Below the pieces are notes generated by a model. It saw nothing but the letters and a program-made list of their open reading frames with translations, did no database searches and was not told the DNA's origin. Positions 1 through 12,347 of a stretch of DNA of 64,000 bases are shown piece by piece (within the stretch, counting starts at the first letter, position 1; every line of letters begins with the position of its first letter). This stretch comes from Octopus sinensis. Taxonomy: Eukaryota. A program made the translations under genes and the position numbers. The DNA lies in assembly GCF_006345805.1 (NCBI RefSeq), contig NC_042998.1, forward strand, positions 166,160,001-166,224,000, in the 5' to 3' direction.

Positions 1-219
1 ATATGCTTGCATGCACTAACAATAGTAAACTATGAAAAATGATGGGGTTTATTTTTGCCCCCTTTCTGTAATTCTTAAGCTTCATACCTTGCTCTGTTTT
101 CTTCTCATGTTCCTTTTTGTTTTCTTTCAGTAATTTTTACCCATTCTTTTCTATCTCATTCTCTCTGAGTAACAAATATCCTGTAAGCATAATACCAGCT
201 TTCAAGAGCAAAGATAATT

Positions 220-495
220 TCAGAGTTTCCTCTTTCCAAAGTGGATCAAATCAAACTTATCTTCATTTAAAAGCATATTGTTTTTTTTTTCCCCCACCCA
301 TTGGCCAATAGCAAACAGATCTGACTGAAAGCATGTTCGGTCTCTCATGCTGTTTATGGCTTTCTGGGTTTTGGAATCATCCACAAAGATTTTCAATGTA
401 GAATGTTTGATGACGTTCACTATGTTGTTGATGTAAATAATGAAGAGGGGTGGGCCCAACACAGCACCTTGTGGGACACCACTACTAACACACAC
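220..495 (-). mobile_element. CR1/L2-clade LINE reverse transcriptase fragment
   Basis: ORF reads SGVPQGAVLGPPLFIIYINN...IFVDDSK, matching the GVPQGSVLGP.LF..YIND...FADD motifs of CR1/L2/Jockey-group RTs. Isolated and truncated. Confidence 0.85.
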
Positions 496-1544
496 GTTTG
501 ATTTAAGAAGCAGACATGATGTTTAATACAATTTTTACAAAACCAATACAGACATCGTAGCAAAGTAACTACTCTCGCTGTTATGAATTAAAATCGTGCA
601 GGAGTAGTTCTGCATGTATCCTTTGTGGTCAATATAAAAAATGCTAATAAAATACTGAGATCAAAGTCATCTTGCAATTCCTCGCTAACTGAATGTGTGC
701 ATGAAAGAAGTTACTGAAACTGATCTTTGTACTCTAAAAGAAAGCTCTAGAAATTGAGGTAGTTTTTACTGATGAGATTTATTTGAATAAGTTGTGAGGC
801 CAAAGTCTTTTTTTATTATTTGTATTAATTTTAATCTATTTTTTTTTTACTTATCTCTCCCTGAAAAAGAAAAAAAGGAAAATGGATGCTTTTAGGAATT
901 CATGACTGAATTCCAGTCTTTTTGTTATACATGTTAAACAAATAAATAGCTTGACCATATTTTTGTATGCTTCATGTGTATGTGATGTAAAGTTGAGACA
1001 ATACATGTCAACATTTTTTGTCTGATATTTCTGTGGTTGAAGATTGTCTTACTGGAGACTATACAAAGCAGCTAGAGAGTTATAGTGCAAATAATCAAAA
1101 GCTACTGGTTGCCTGAGATATATCATTCTTAAATCCTTACAAAGTCCATCTTATTTTGTAAATTTCACTGTTCAAATATTAGCTGTTATATATTCATGAA
1201 GATTTCAAAAAGAGAAGAAAAAATGAAAACACCTATTTTTGTCACATCATCAGCAAGTAATTAACATATATGATCGTCAAAATAACTGGCTCTCATTTGC
1301 ATCAGTAGTTGCATCTTTCAGCCATGCAATCTGCAGAGATAGTCAACGTGGATATAGAACTGAAAAAAAAAGTTAAAATATTGGAATTTGCTATTTTAAT
1401 CATGATTGGAGTTTATATTTTTGTTGTTTTATTTTCATCAATAAACTCGTATATATGTCTCTCTATATATACCACAACTGACTTGGCTTAACATTTATTA
1501 TTATATATATATATATATATGTATTATCTTGTACTTGTTTCAGC

Positions 1545-1829
1545 CACTGGACCCAGCCTTAGGAATTTCAGTGAAACTAAATTGACCCCAGTACTTTCCT
1601 TTTCAAGTCTGGTACTTATTTTATTAGTTTCCTTTGCTGAATTACTAAGTTACATGGACATAAATGCACCAACACCAGTTGTCACGCACACACACTATAT
1701 ACAATGGACTTCTTTCAGTTTCCATGTACCAAATCCACTCACAAGGCTTTGGTTGAGGCTATTGTAGAAGACATTTTCCAAGGTGGCATGTCGGAAGCAA
1801 GCTTCTTACCATACAGCCATCCCTGTGCC

Positions 1830-1832
<3 letters not shown>
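1545..1832 (-). mobile_element. tRNA-derived SINE family 1 (bipartite, degraded copy)
   Basis: Contains TTTCAGTTTCC..TACCAAATCCACTCACAAGGCTTTGGT...AGAAGACA..T.CCAAGGTG, as in better copies at 16742 and 24502. Boundaries approximate. Confidence 0.75.
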
Positions 1833-1869
<37 letters not shown>

Positions 1870-2385
1870 TGGAGGCACAATGACCTAGTGGCTAGGACAG
1901 CGGACTCGCGGTTGTAGGATCATGGTTTTGATTCCCAGACCGGGCATTGTGAGTGTTTTTTGAGCGAAAATGCCTAAAGCTCCACGAGGCTCCGGCAGGA
2001 GGGGGGGGGGGGTGACCCCTGTTATATTCTTTCACCACAACTTTCTCTCACTCTTTCTAACTGTTTCTGTTGTACCTGTATTTCAAAGGGCAAGCCTTGT
2101 CATACTCTGTGTCATGCTGAATCTCCCCGAGAACTATATTAAAAGTACACATGTCTGTGGAGTGCTCAGCCACTTGTACGTTAATAAATGAGCTGTGATG
2201 TCACTGGTGCCAAGCTGTATCGGCCCTTTTGTCTTTCCCTTGAATAACATTGGTGGCGTGGAGAGGGAAGGCTGGTATGCATGGGTGACTGCTGGTCTTC
2301 CATAAACAACCTTGCCCAGACTTGTGCCTCGGACGGTAACTTTCTAGGTGCAATCCCATGGTCATTCATGACTGAAGGAGGTCAC
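1870..2385 (+). mobile_element. tRNA-derived composite SINE
   Basis: tRNA-like head (TGACCTAGTGG...GGTTTTGATTCCC). Central block GCTGAATCTCCCCGAGAACTA is shared with 36726-37030 and 50450-50645. Its 3' segments are shared with 31830-31920 and 30255-30345. Confidence 0.75.
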
Positions 2386-2641
2386 AAACACAGACACACA
2401 TATATACTTTGACTGTCACTAATTGTGATTGAGGTTGTCCAAGCACCTATATTGCAAGAAATAAGAGCTAAAAACTCAGTGTTGTATGAAGGGCACAATA
2501 TACACTGCATTATATATACAGCATCAAGAGTTTTTAACTCTTATTATTTGGAATATAGGTGCTTCAGCACCCTCATTCAATATTAGTGATGAGTAAATTT
2601 TGTCTTTATGGTTTTATATTGCACCTAGCTGTTTATATATA

Positions 2642-3820
2642 CAGGGGTTGGACAAAATAATGGAAACACCTTAAAATTTCAAACAAATTTATTTTAATAT
2701 GGGGTAGGACCACCTTTGGCAGTAATTACAGCTTGGATTCTATGAGGTATGGACTCATACAAAGTCTGAATTGTTTCCAAAGGAATTTTTGTCCATTCTT
2801 CAGCTAAAACAGTCTCCAGTTCTTGTAGTGATGACGGTGGAGGATATCGACTGCTTACTTGTTTTTCTAAAATGCACCATAAATGTTCAATAATATTGAG
2901 ATCTGGAGACTGTGGTGGCCAGATAAGATGTTCAATTTCACTAGAATGTTCCTCGTGTCATTCAGTAACAACTTTAGCTGTGTGAATTGGTGCATTATCA
3001 TCCTAAAAGATTGTGTTTCCCTCTGGAAACAGTTCGGCAACCATAGGATGAATTTGATCAGATAAAATGCTTAAATAGTCTTGACTATTAATTCTGCCAT
3101 GAAGGGAAACCAGATTTTCAAGATATAGTCCTCCAGATCATCACAGATCCTCCTCCATGTTTAACAGTTTGGAAAAGGCAGCCTGGGTTGAATGCTTCTT
3201 TTGGCTGTCTCCACACGTATACTTGGTCGGTGGTTGGAAATAAGGTAAAGGATGACTTGTCCAAGAAAATAACATACTTCTACTGCTCTAGGGACCAATT
3301 CTGTAGGTTTTCACTTCACTCTAAATGCTTCACAATATTTGATTGCAGCCCTCCCGTGAAATCCAGCTTTGTGCAGTTTTTGTAGAAACTGGGTTCTCGA
3401 GGTGGTCATTACACTCTGCAGTAATTTTGGGAGCCTTTCTAACAATTCATGTAAGAGTCTGACGGTCCCTATCTGAAAGTTTTGGTTTTGTTTTGATGAG
3501 GAGATTTTTCCCTCTTTCTCAAAGGCTATCATTACTTTTGAGACAGTACTTCTTGATACACCAAACATTTCGGCTGTTTTCATTATGCTAGTGCCTGCCA
3601 TACAAGTACCAACAATTTGACCTCTTTGAAAGTCCGATAGATCCGTCATTTTAATTAACTTTTTCTGATGATATCTGAAAAGAAACAGCAATTTTAGCAA
3701 AACATATTAAGCAACACTAATAATAAATCAAAAAGCATAAAAATAAACAAGCTTTTGATGGTTTTATAGATATTTTAAAGTTATGATGTTAGGTGTCTCC
3801 ATTATTTTGTCCAATCCCAG
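2642..3820 (-). mobile_element. Tc1-family DNA transposon, decayed
   Basis: 30-bp TIRs: CAGGGGTTGGACAAAATAATGGAAACACCT at 2642-2671 and its inverse at 3791-3820 (27/30), with TA on both flanks. Minus-strand remnant MTDLSDFQRGQIVG...TAEMFGVSRSTVSKVM is a Tc1 N-terminal HTH. The rest is broken by stops and frameshifts. Confidence 0.92.
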
Positions 3821-4061
3821 TATATATATATATATATATATATGTTGTCATGAGAGGGTCATGCCCTGCTCCAATATCACTTCTTTATTGTGAGTCAATT
3901 GGTTAAATGTCTAGCCAGCTAAGTAATCCAGCATTTGATTAATGTGTTGGTTAAAGTCCTTTTGTTGTTATTCAAGACCTTATCAACATAATACCCTCTC
4001 TCTTCAAGGTCTTCCTTAAATCTGTCTGAGAATTAGTCTTATGCTGCATTTTGAAGAGAGG

Positions 4062-4894
4062 GGAAAGATGAAGAGAGATCTGATTTTACAAGAGGTGAAC
4101 ATGGTAGAGGAAGCTATAAGAATCCAGAAGGCAGTGTATCAGAGCCAACAGTGACAGTAGACAACATGCGAAAGGTGCACTCCAGAAGTGTCTCAGATAA
4201 GACGACCTGTGCCATATGGTGTCTTATACAATATGTTTTATCCACAGATATGTCTATGATCTCTTGCCTTCGAATACGAACCGAGTGAAGTGTCAGGGCC
4301 CATAAGATAATCCTGAGTGCTCACTCTATAGGGGCAGACGACATGTTCTGAGCTGCTGCAGAATAGTATTAATCCAAGGAAGATGCACGTGGAGATCGTA
4401 CACATGACATGTACGGCAAGAATAAAATCCATAGCATCAGAATCTCCGATTACATTTTACACGACAGGAGGGAGCAAATCACGGCCAGGAACAGCTATGG
4501 TATATAGGGCATGGGAATTGAGTCTCCTGGTAGTAAGGATAGTTGAGAGTGCTCAGCAGACTTCCCAGGATCAAGAAAACAATAAGCTATTATAAGAGTG
4601 GCTTGTGGCCGGTTTTTGTACTCCATTCTAGCACATCAAAACAAATGATTTTGATTGAATTCAGAGTGCCATCTGAAAAGTAAAATAGAAGCTCACGTAT
4701 TCAAGATAGAAAAATACATAAATTGAGGTTAGCCTGAGAAAAGCCAACTTCCAGGTCCAGGTTCGCCAAAATTTTTTACAGGAAACCCGTTTACGATCTA
4801 ATGAAACAACTCTTAGTTCCTGGGAAGAACAGGATCAAAGCCCCAAAGGAGACAGCAGAGGTGTTCCAGTTGGCTCTAGTCGAGAAGGAACTAA
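4062..4894 (+). mobile_element. 3' part of an RLE-type (HERO/NeSL/R2-group) non-LTR retrotransposon, decayed
   Basis: Manual translation across frameshifts gives KMKRDLILQEVNMVEEAIRIQKAVYQSQQ, YDLLPSNTN...C...HVLSCC...QGR, VLHSSTSKQMILIEFRVP..EAHVFKIEKY, VYDLMKQL and CSSWL*SRRN*. These resemble the CCHC knuckle and restriction-like endonuclease region. Confidence 0.75.
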
Positions 4895-5060
4895 AAAACG
4901 ACTACCACAGCGTTTGAAGTCTAAGGGAAGTAACTCTGGGCGATTCATTGTGGGAGCGTTTATGTTTCACCTCTACTATGACAACCAACATTATTTCTTT
5001 TTTAAGTATAAGTTTGAAAGCTGATTCAATGGAGAGGAGTTCCAACTAGATGAAATCTCC

Positions 5061-6071
5061 TGTCACCAGAAGGGCATCCATGAGTCATGACCATGATACA
5101 GCCCAGCCCCTTTAGAGTGTAAGACGTTAAGGGACGAAACATTTGCTTGAGGTGAAGACCTTCTGCCTTTCAGCTCTCTTGAGAGTTTCTTACCGCTAAA
5201 ATAAGCACATCAAAGTCTGTTCAACTTATTTGGTCAGTTATGAATAAAATTCACTATTTACGGCGTTCTGTTCTTTGCTGAAGAGTTTACACATAACAAC
5301 AATAAAACATCTTAACAACATATGTTAAGATGTTATATTTACGATGTTTTAAACTGTTGTTTAAGAAAGTATTTTTAGTACACAAGCATCTCCAGCGTGA
5401 CAGAAGCGTTACGGTCTTGAAAATCCTGTCGTAACGTAGAATTCCATAACGTTAAATGTACTTTCCAATGACGTTCACGTGAAATGGAACTTAGCGGAAA
5501 ATAAATGTCACGTCATGAAAAGCCATATAATGACAAGATTCTTTTAGGAACGCAAAATTTTCGTAAATCTGGGGATTAGTAAATGCTTTTAAAAAATTTA
5601 TTATAATGAATTATATTATTTTTACTTTTTTTTCAAATTTAATTACTAAATTATGCATAAAGTTCGTGACCAAATTTAGTTATGTCCCTTTGCTCCAAAT
5701 TTCGATACCGCTGGGCTTAAATTTGCGTTCTAACTCTCGCAAGTCGACAGAAACCTTTGCGAATTAAAAAACTATAACTAATAGAAAATAATGTTCAATA
5801 CAAAGGAAATATCTAAGACAAGGGAAGCAACCTACATAAAGATTAGTTTGCATTTATCTCCCTCGAGCTTGCGTTTATCTCCCTTGTTTTCAGGTTATCT
5901 CCCTTTCAGTAATTATCAAAATGACAGCTTATTTTAGCGGTAAGAAACTCTCAAGAGAGCTGAAAGGTAGAAAGTCTTCACCTCAGGCAAATTTTCGGCC
6001 CTTAACTTCTTACACTCTAAAGGAGCCGGACTGTATTATGGTCATAACTCCTGGATGCCTTTCTGGTGACA
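5061..6071. mobile_element. Non-autonomous element with ~145-bp terminal inverted repeats
   Basis: 5061-5206 and 5927-6071 are inverted copies (about 90% identical by eye). No internal ORF and no TSD recognised. Confidence 0.7.
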
Positions 6072-6299
6072 CTTTTTTTAGGCGCATAGTTTATTAAATG
6101 GTGATTCTAAAGGGAAGTTAGTCTAAGGGAGATCACTGCAGGATATTTGGCTTTGTGAAGTTATTTCCCTTTGAAAAGTCACGAAAGGCGGGTGTATAAA
6201 TGCGTACACACATATATATATGTACGTGCGTGCGCACGCTCGTGTGTCTGTGTGTACGTCTGTGAGTTTGTGCGTACGTATCTTTTATACTTTTTCTGC

Positions 6300-6456
6300 A
6301 TTAGGTATTTGATTGTGTCCATGCTGGGGCATCACCTTGAACATTTTAGTCAAACAAATCGATCCCTACTCTTTCTCTTTTGCCGAACTGCTAGATCACG
6401 GGGACGTAAACAAACCAACACTAGTTGTCAAGTGGTAGTGGGGAACCAACACGAAG

Positions 6457-6539
<83 letters not shown>

Positions 6540-6655
6540 CTTTCCCGTATATCAAATTTTACTTACAAGGCCCGGGACTATAGTAGAAGACACTTGTCCA
6601 AGGTTCTGCGTAATGGAAATGAGCCCAAAACTACGTTGTTGCAAAACGACTTTCT
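6300..6655 (-). mobile_element. SINE family 1 with internal (CA)n
   Basis: Tail block (TTTGCCGAACTGCTAGATCACGGGGACGTAAAC), then (CA)n at ~6460-6536, then a degraded head block. Confidence 0.75.
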
Positions 6656-6708
6656 TTTTCTCTGTCTGTCTGTCTGTCTATTTATATGCACACATATTCA
6701 CACATATA

Positions 6709-6739
<31 letters not shown>

Positions 6740-6828
6740 GATAAATATCTCTTTGAAAACGGCATACTACCAGATGTACACCAAATCTAAAATTATTACA
6801 AACATACATACGCGCGCACGTATGTATG

Positions 6829-6862
<34 letters not shown>

Positions 6863-6974
6863 CATACATACATACATACATACATACTCAAATGTTACAG
6901 CATTCTCAAGGGGTATAGGGCTGGAGTATGGTCACATAGCAACGAAGGAAAACTGTTAACTAGACTAGCAGCAT

Positions 6975-8470
6975 CTCCATCAATGGCTTAACTGTTTCTC
7001 CTTTATCTGACGAGGAATGGTACAGGTACTTAGGGGTAGATAAAAAAAGGCACGTGTCACTAATGAATATTACAGCTGGATAAAGAAACTCTGGACCTCT
7101 GAACATTCTGCATTCAATAAAACAGTGGCCCACAATGTGTTTGCATTACCAGTACTCATACCAACATTTGGGCTATTTGATTTGGTGCTTGGTCAGATCC
7201 GAGTCACTGATGTGAAAACCCGGAAGATACTGACCAGCACAATTAATTTTCACATCAACAGCAACTGGACCACACATACCAAAAAACGAAAACAAGGACA
7301 GAGAGGATTAACATCGATCCAGACTGCCTACGAATGTGAAATCATATCTCTTCGGCAACTTCATTTAACTATCAAGTCTCGAGGTGTATCCCTTGACCAA
7401 GTTTGCATACATGAGGCAGATAACATCATGAGAGTTGGTGAGCAGTTTCTCGAGCAACACTCTTTGTCTTTTAACCTAGAATACATGCCCAAAGAAGACT
7501 CTACGCTAACGTGTCATCAGATGCATAGATATGTTAACAGAAAGCTCCAGGTTGACAGTAACATTGTTAATTAAAGCAGTCTATCACGGACAAACAACCG
7601 GATTATTAACTCTTACTTTGAAGAATATGTATTTTCAATCCAGGAACAGAAAAGAGCTATCAAACACATAAAGCATAAAAGGGACAGAGCTGCAGGAAAA
7701 ACCTTTGTGCAGAATTTGTGCAGACTTTGTGTAGTGAATATATGACTAGCACTATAAGCAGTTGTCCAAAAATGTTATCACGTTATTATCTGCCGATGAG
7801 ACCAGATGTAGCCAAGACACTATGCAATGAAACCCGTCAGAAGGATAATACTAACGCCAAAGAGATAAGAACGAGCAGTATTGCAGATGTCATACCCACT
7901 CATAATATGAAAGAGCACAGGTGCGATGTCCCAGTGAAAGCTTCAATAAAATGTGAGCATAATAGACCAGACAGTGATTTGGGACAGCGGATGTCAATAT
8001 AACAGACAGAAAGAAAACACCTACGCTGAACAATCGAGAAATTTACAGATTACAAGCTCAGGTTTATACCTGTAATTATTAGGGAACTGGGATATGTAAC
8101 AAACTGCCTACGCACCAGTCTTGAGAAATTAGGCTTCTCAAAACCAGAAAGAAGAAAGCTAATTAAAATATTATGGATTAAAGCCATCAATGGAACTGGC
8201 AAAAATATGTAAAATTTTCCAGAAGTTTAGCATTTAAGTATATATGCGAATGTCTAGACATGCAACTTTATGCATGAGAATACATACATAAAACAAAACA
8301 TACAAATTTGCACATGTATTGACTCCAAATATTGCACATATATACACAAGCATACACAAATATCTTATTGATGTTGCTTAAAATTCCAGTGACGGTACTT
8401 TGAATCAAGTTTAGAAACTGGCTCTTACTCTATTGACAAAAAAATCTAGAAATAAAACTGAATAATTAAC
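6975..8470 (+). mobile_element. R4/Dong-clade non-LTR retrotransposon, 5'-truncated and decayed
   Basis: HNVFALPVLIPTFG...DVKTRKILT...RKQGQRGL (RT C-terminus); SSCPKMLSRYYLPMR.DVAK (Zn-knuckle remnant); DVPVKASIKCEHNRPD (HN.PD endonuclease motif); FIPVIIRELGYV..CL...LEKLGF. A putative 3' UTR follows. Confidence 0.8.
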
Positions 8471-9309
8471 ATTCATACAGGTTCTCTCAACAAAATCCTA
8501 TCCATAAAATATCGACACAGTAGAATATACATGACTGAGATATCTTGAAATGAGATCGAACCTATAACCAAATGGTGATGGAGAGACAATGTCTTAAATA
8601 CACTAGCAGAATTAACGGTAGGTCCCTGTAAGCGTGATTATTTCAAGGCGCTGTCTCCCTTAGCAAAGTCATATTTGCTACATCAGGTAGTTATCAAAGT
8701 GAAAGGTGTGTTGTGCGTGTGTGTATATTACGTTGTTAAAAAGTGAAAGTAAATTGTCTTTAAAAAATGAAAGTAAATTTGCGATAGGAAGCAGAAGGGA
8801 TGACAGTGACATCCTATAATTCCAGGTTGATAAACAGTGTATCTGAGATAACCAGTGTACAGAATGTACATATATTCAATATAACACGAAAACTGTACCT
8901 ATATAAGATGAAAATAATCTCATTTACAAGAAAATACTACAGTCATTGAAGCATGAAATGAGATTCGTAAATAGTTTTTCGCGATCTCTATATTCGTTTC
9001 GCTGCACATGTTCATAAAGATATAATATGCATAAATCATCAACAGTTCGACATTGTCGCTTATGTTCCTCCTTGGTGATTATCCACCGCTTTTCTATGTG
9101 TGTGGATGCTATCACCGTTTGGATGAACAAAATTGAGTGAATGGTTGACAACTTAATGAGTATAGAAATTGCTGAGACCCAAATAAGTTCAGCCAATTAA
9201 TATGTATTTTTACCGTCGTAAAGAACCAGATTCTATCGCAATTAAGTCGGTGTAATCGACTTACCCACTCCTCCGAAATTGCTGGCCTTGTGTCAAAATT
9301 TTTTAACCA

Positions 9310-9434
9310 TTCTTCTTCTTCTTCTTCTTCTTCTTCTTCTTCTTCTTCTTCTTCTTCTTCTTCTTCTTCTTCTTCTTCTTCTTCTTCTTCTTCTTCTTCT
9401 TCTTCTTCTTCTTCTTCTTCTTCTTCTTCTTCTT

Positions 9435-9465
<31 letters not shown>

Positions 9466-9479
9466 TTATTATTATTATT
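9310..9479. repeat. (CTT)n microsatellite running into (ATT)n
   Basis: Pure CTT array 9310-9464, followed by ATT repeats. Confidence 0.98.
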
Positions 9480-9699
9480 GAAGACGACGAACTGGCAAAA
9501 TCGTTAGCATGATGGACGAAATGCTATGCGGTATTTCGTCAGTCTTTACGTTCTGAGTTCAAATTCCACCGAGGTCGACTTTACCTTTCATCCTTTCGGG
9601 GATCGATGAAATAAGTACCAGTTGTGCTCTGGGGCCGATGTAATCAACTGTCATCCCCATCCCCCCAAAATTTCAGGCCTTGTGCCTATAGTAGAAAGG

Positions 9700-9700
<1 letters not shown>
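9480..9700 (+). mobile_element. SINE family 2 (Deu/Nin-like central domain)
   Basis: GAGTTCAAATTCC box B, then CCGAGGTCGACTTTACCTTTCATCCTTTCGGGGATCGATGAAATAAGTACC, ending in (AAT)n. Other copies approximately at 16358-16552(-), 16570-16712(-), 27907-28115(+), 52030-52240(-), 60650-60830(+) and 63650-63850(-). Confidence 0.85.
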
Positions 9701-9743
<43 letters not shown>

Positions 9744-9761
9744 TATTATTATTATTATTAT

Positions 9762-10100
9762 TGTCTTTGCACAGTTTCTAACATTGGAGATGTATTACGC
9801 TGCCAGCTGCTCACTACCAGTGAACTAAGGTAACACCCCTTATTTTTCGAACATTATCCGGAGTATTCGAGCGGTTACAAGCAGTGCTATTTTCTACAAG
9901 TGCTCCATTCTTATCGCACTTCTCAAGATTTTTACTCACTGTTCCCAGGGCTCCGACAATTATTGGTACTACTACCACCTTTTTCATCGACCACAACTGC
10001 TTAACCTCGCAAGCCAACGTGTCATATCTCTCAACTTTTCTTTCTTCCTTATTGCATACCTTGTTTTCAGCTGGGCATGCTATATCTATGATCCAGCACC
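9762..10100 (-). mobile_element. 3' end of an R4/Dong-clade LINE
   Basis: Minus strand reads IIDIACPAENKVCNKEERKVERYDTLACEVKQLWSMKKVVVVPIIVGALGTVSKNLEK (RLE C-terminus). Its 3' end abuts (TAA)n. Confidence 0.8.
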
Positions 10101-10105
10101 ATTTG

Positions 10106-10639
10106 GAGAGCAGTGCATGCCATCAAAGTGGCACTGGGGTAAAATATACGAAGCCTAGTATACCCATTTTGACTACCCGTCTGATAAGGGTACACCAGAC
10201 ACATGCATCACATCCATATGTGCGCGACATGGTGATCTCATTTCAAGATAAACAGCACATGACCTTGCAGGTGGGGCCCAGTTAGAATTTTCTTCTGGTC
10301 GAGTAACCCATCCTGCTCAAAAGGTCCCTGAATAAGGGTTGTTTAAGGATGTTGAACGAAACACCCATGTTTCCAGAGGTGAATTATTCAAACCCCAAAG
10401 AATCCTTCTCAACACATGGCTATGATGCTCCCCTACTACTTCTGCTTGCAATCAGAGATGCACATATCGTCAGCCACTAAGGGAATGCTAAACTGGTTAA
10501 AGTCAAACAACTGACAAGCAAATCTGTGGTATTGAGCAGAATATTTGCTACCAAGACAAAACAATGTACAGGATAACACTTCCAATCAGTTAATATCAGA
10601 AGCTATGAGAGCCACTACCTGGTACTGCATCAGGACATT
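10106..10639 (-). mobile_element. ~530-bp interspersed repeat, copy 1
   Basis: Reverse-complement homologue of 52425-52963 along its whole length. Strand is assigned from the (AAT)n tail of copy 2. Confidence 0.85.
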
Positions 10640-11214
10640 TTATAATGATAATAATAATAATATTATTAATTATTATGTTAAGAGCCAGCCAAAATACCTT
10701 CAAATTCGATCGAAAGTTCAGTTGATTTTCATCCTTCCAGATTTGATAAGAGAAAAAAAGTTACTTGAATAGAGGCAGTATATTACTGTTACATAAGATT
10801 TGAGAACATTTACTATGTTACCAAATGAGAAGTCCTAATTAAAATGGCGGTAAGTTGCAGAACAAGTAGAGTAGAGGAGAAATGCCTTACCGTCTTTTGT
10901 AATGTCCCTTCACATTCTGAGTTCAGTATACTCTGAAGTAGATTTTGTCAATCATCTTTCTGATGCCAACACTATTTAAACAGTATTAGCTGAAACACCT
11001 GTGCCTCTATACACGATATTTCAAATATATTTAAATGCTATTTTATCTAAAGCTAAACTGTCAAAAAAATTTGATGACTCAGATAAGAATGCTGAAGTTT
11101 ATTTAAATAGACATGGTTTAATTATACATAATGAATGCACGTACATGTTTGTTTTGTATTATAAATGCATAATCACAGTTTTATCAGTATCTCATATTCT
11201 CTTATTCATGTAAT

Positions 11215-11238
11215 ATATACAGTATAATATATATATTA

Positions 11239-11279
<41 letters not shown>

Positions 11280-11397
11280 TATATATATTATATATCTTTA
11301 TATTATAATATATATTATATATATATATATATATAATATATATACATATATATACATACATACATATATATATATATATTATATATGTACAACACAA

Positions 11398-11473
<76 letters not shown>

Positions 11474-11561
11474 AATATATAATATATATATATATATATA
11501 TACATATATTATATATATATATATATATACATATATATATACATGTATATATATATATATA

Positions 11562-11609
<48 letters not shown>

Positions 11610-11712
11610 CACACGCACACACACACACACACACACCACACACACACACACACCACACACACACATTATATATATATATATATATACATATATATACAAG
11701 CATACACATACA
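11215..11712. repeat. Compound (TA)n/(CA)n microsatellite
   Basis: About 500 bp of interrupted TA and CA repeats. Similar tracts lie at approximately 15520-15745, 26800-27090, 28625-28910, 37735-38050 and 56690-57030. Confidence 0.97.
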
Positions 11713-12347
11713 TATAGTAATGCCTCACTTTACGAGACCCCGAGTTTACGAGTTTTATTTTATAATAAATATAAAAAGGTTAAAAACCATTTTGTGTGTG
11801 TGTGGCAACGTCGCAACATGTTCTGATTCGTCTACACAGCGATGGAATAAAATGACGACATAGAATGCCATTGCCACCATGAGTAAATATTGTTCTGCTT
11901 TACGAGCGATCCTCGGGAACAAATTAACTTGTATATCGAGGCATTGCTGTGTGTGTGTGTGTGCGTATGTGTGTGTGCGCGCCCATGTGTGTGCACATAT
12001 GTATAAATGTATATATGTATACCTGCATACATTAAACCCGCCTCACATATGTACACCATCATATTGTTGTTAGATGAGTGAGATAAGTTTACAAATTTGC
12101 TGTGTTTCCAAAATAGGGAAGAAAAGCTGTATCCATAACGTCTTGCAACTGTGTTATATTAAGTCCTGTTCTAATTTTGAATACGGAAGATAACTGCTTT
12201 GTCGTAACTATCTATATCCTCATCTTTTTCTTTTACCTTTTTGTTGCCGTTGTCTTGTCGTCTTCGACGTTATCATCGTCGTAGTCGTCGTCGTCGTCGT
12301 TGTCATCATTGTTGTCGACGTAATCATCATCATCATCATCGTCGTCA

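Noticed and set aside
6171-6959. Many 60-280 aa ORFs rich in HT, YI, VC, MYVC, poly-L/S/T, e.g. 6171-6959, 11315-11662, 28554-29015, 56532-57065, 57578-58429, 61036-61448
   Set aside because: They are translations of microsatellites, which lack stop codons in some frames.
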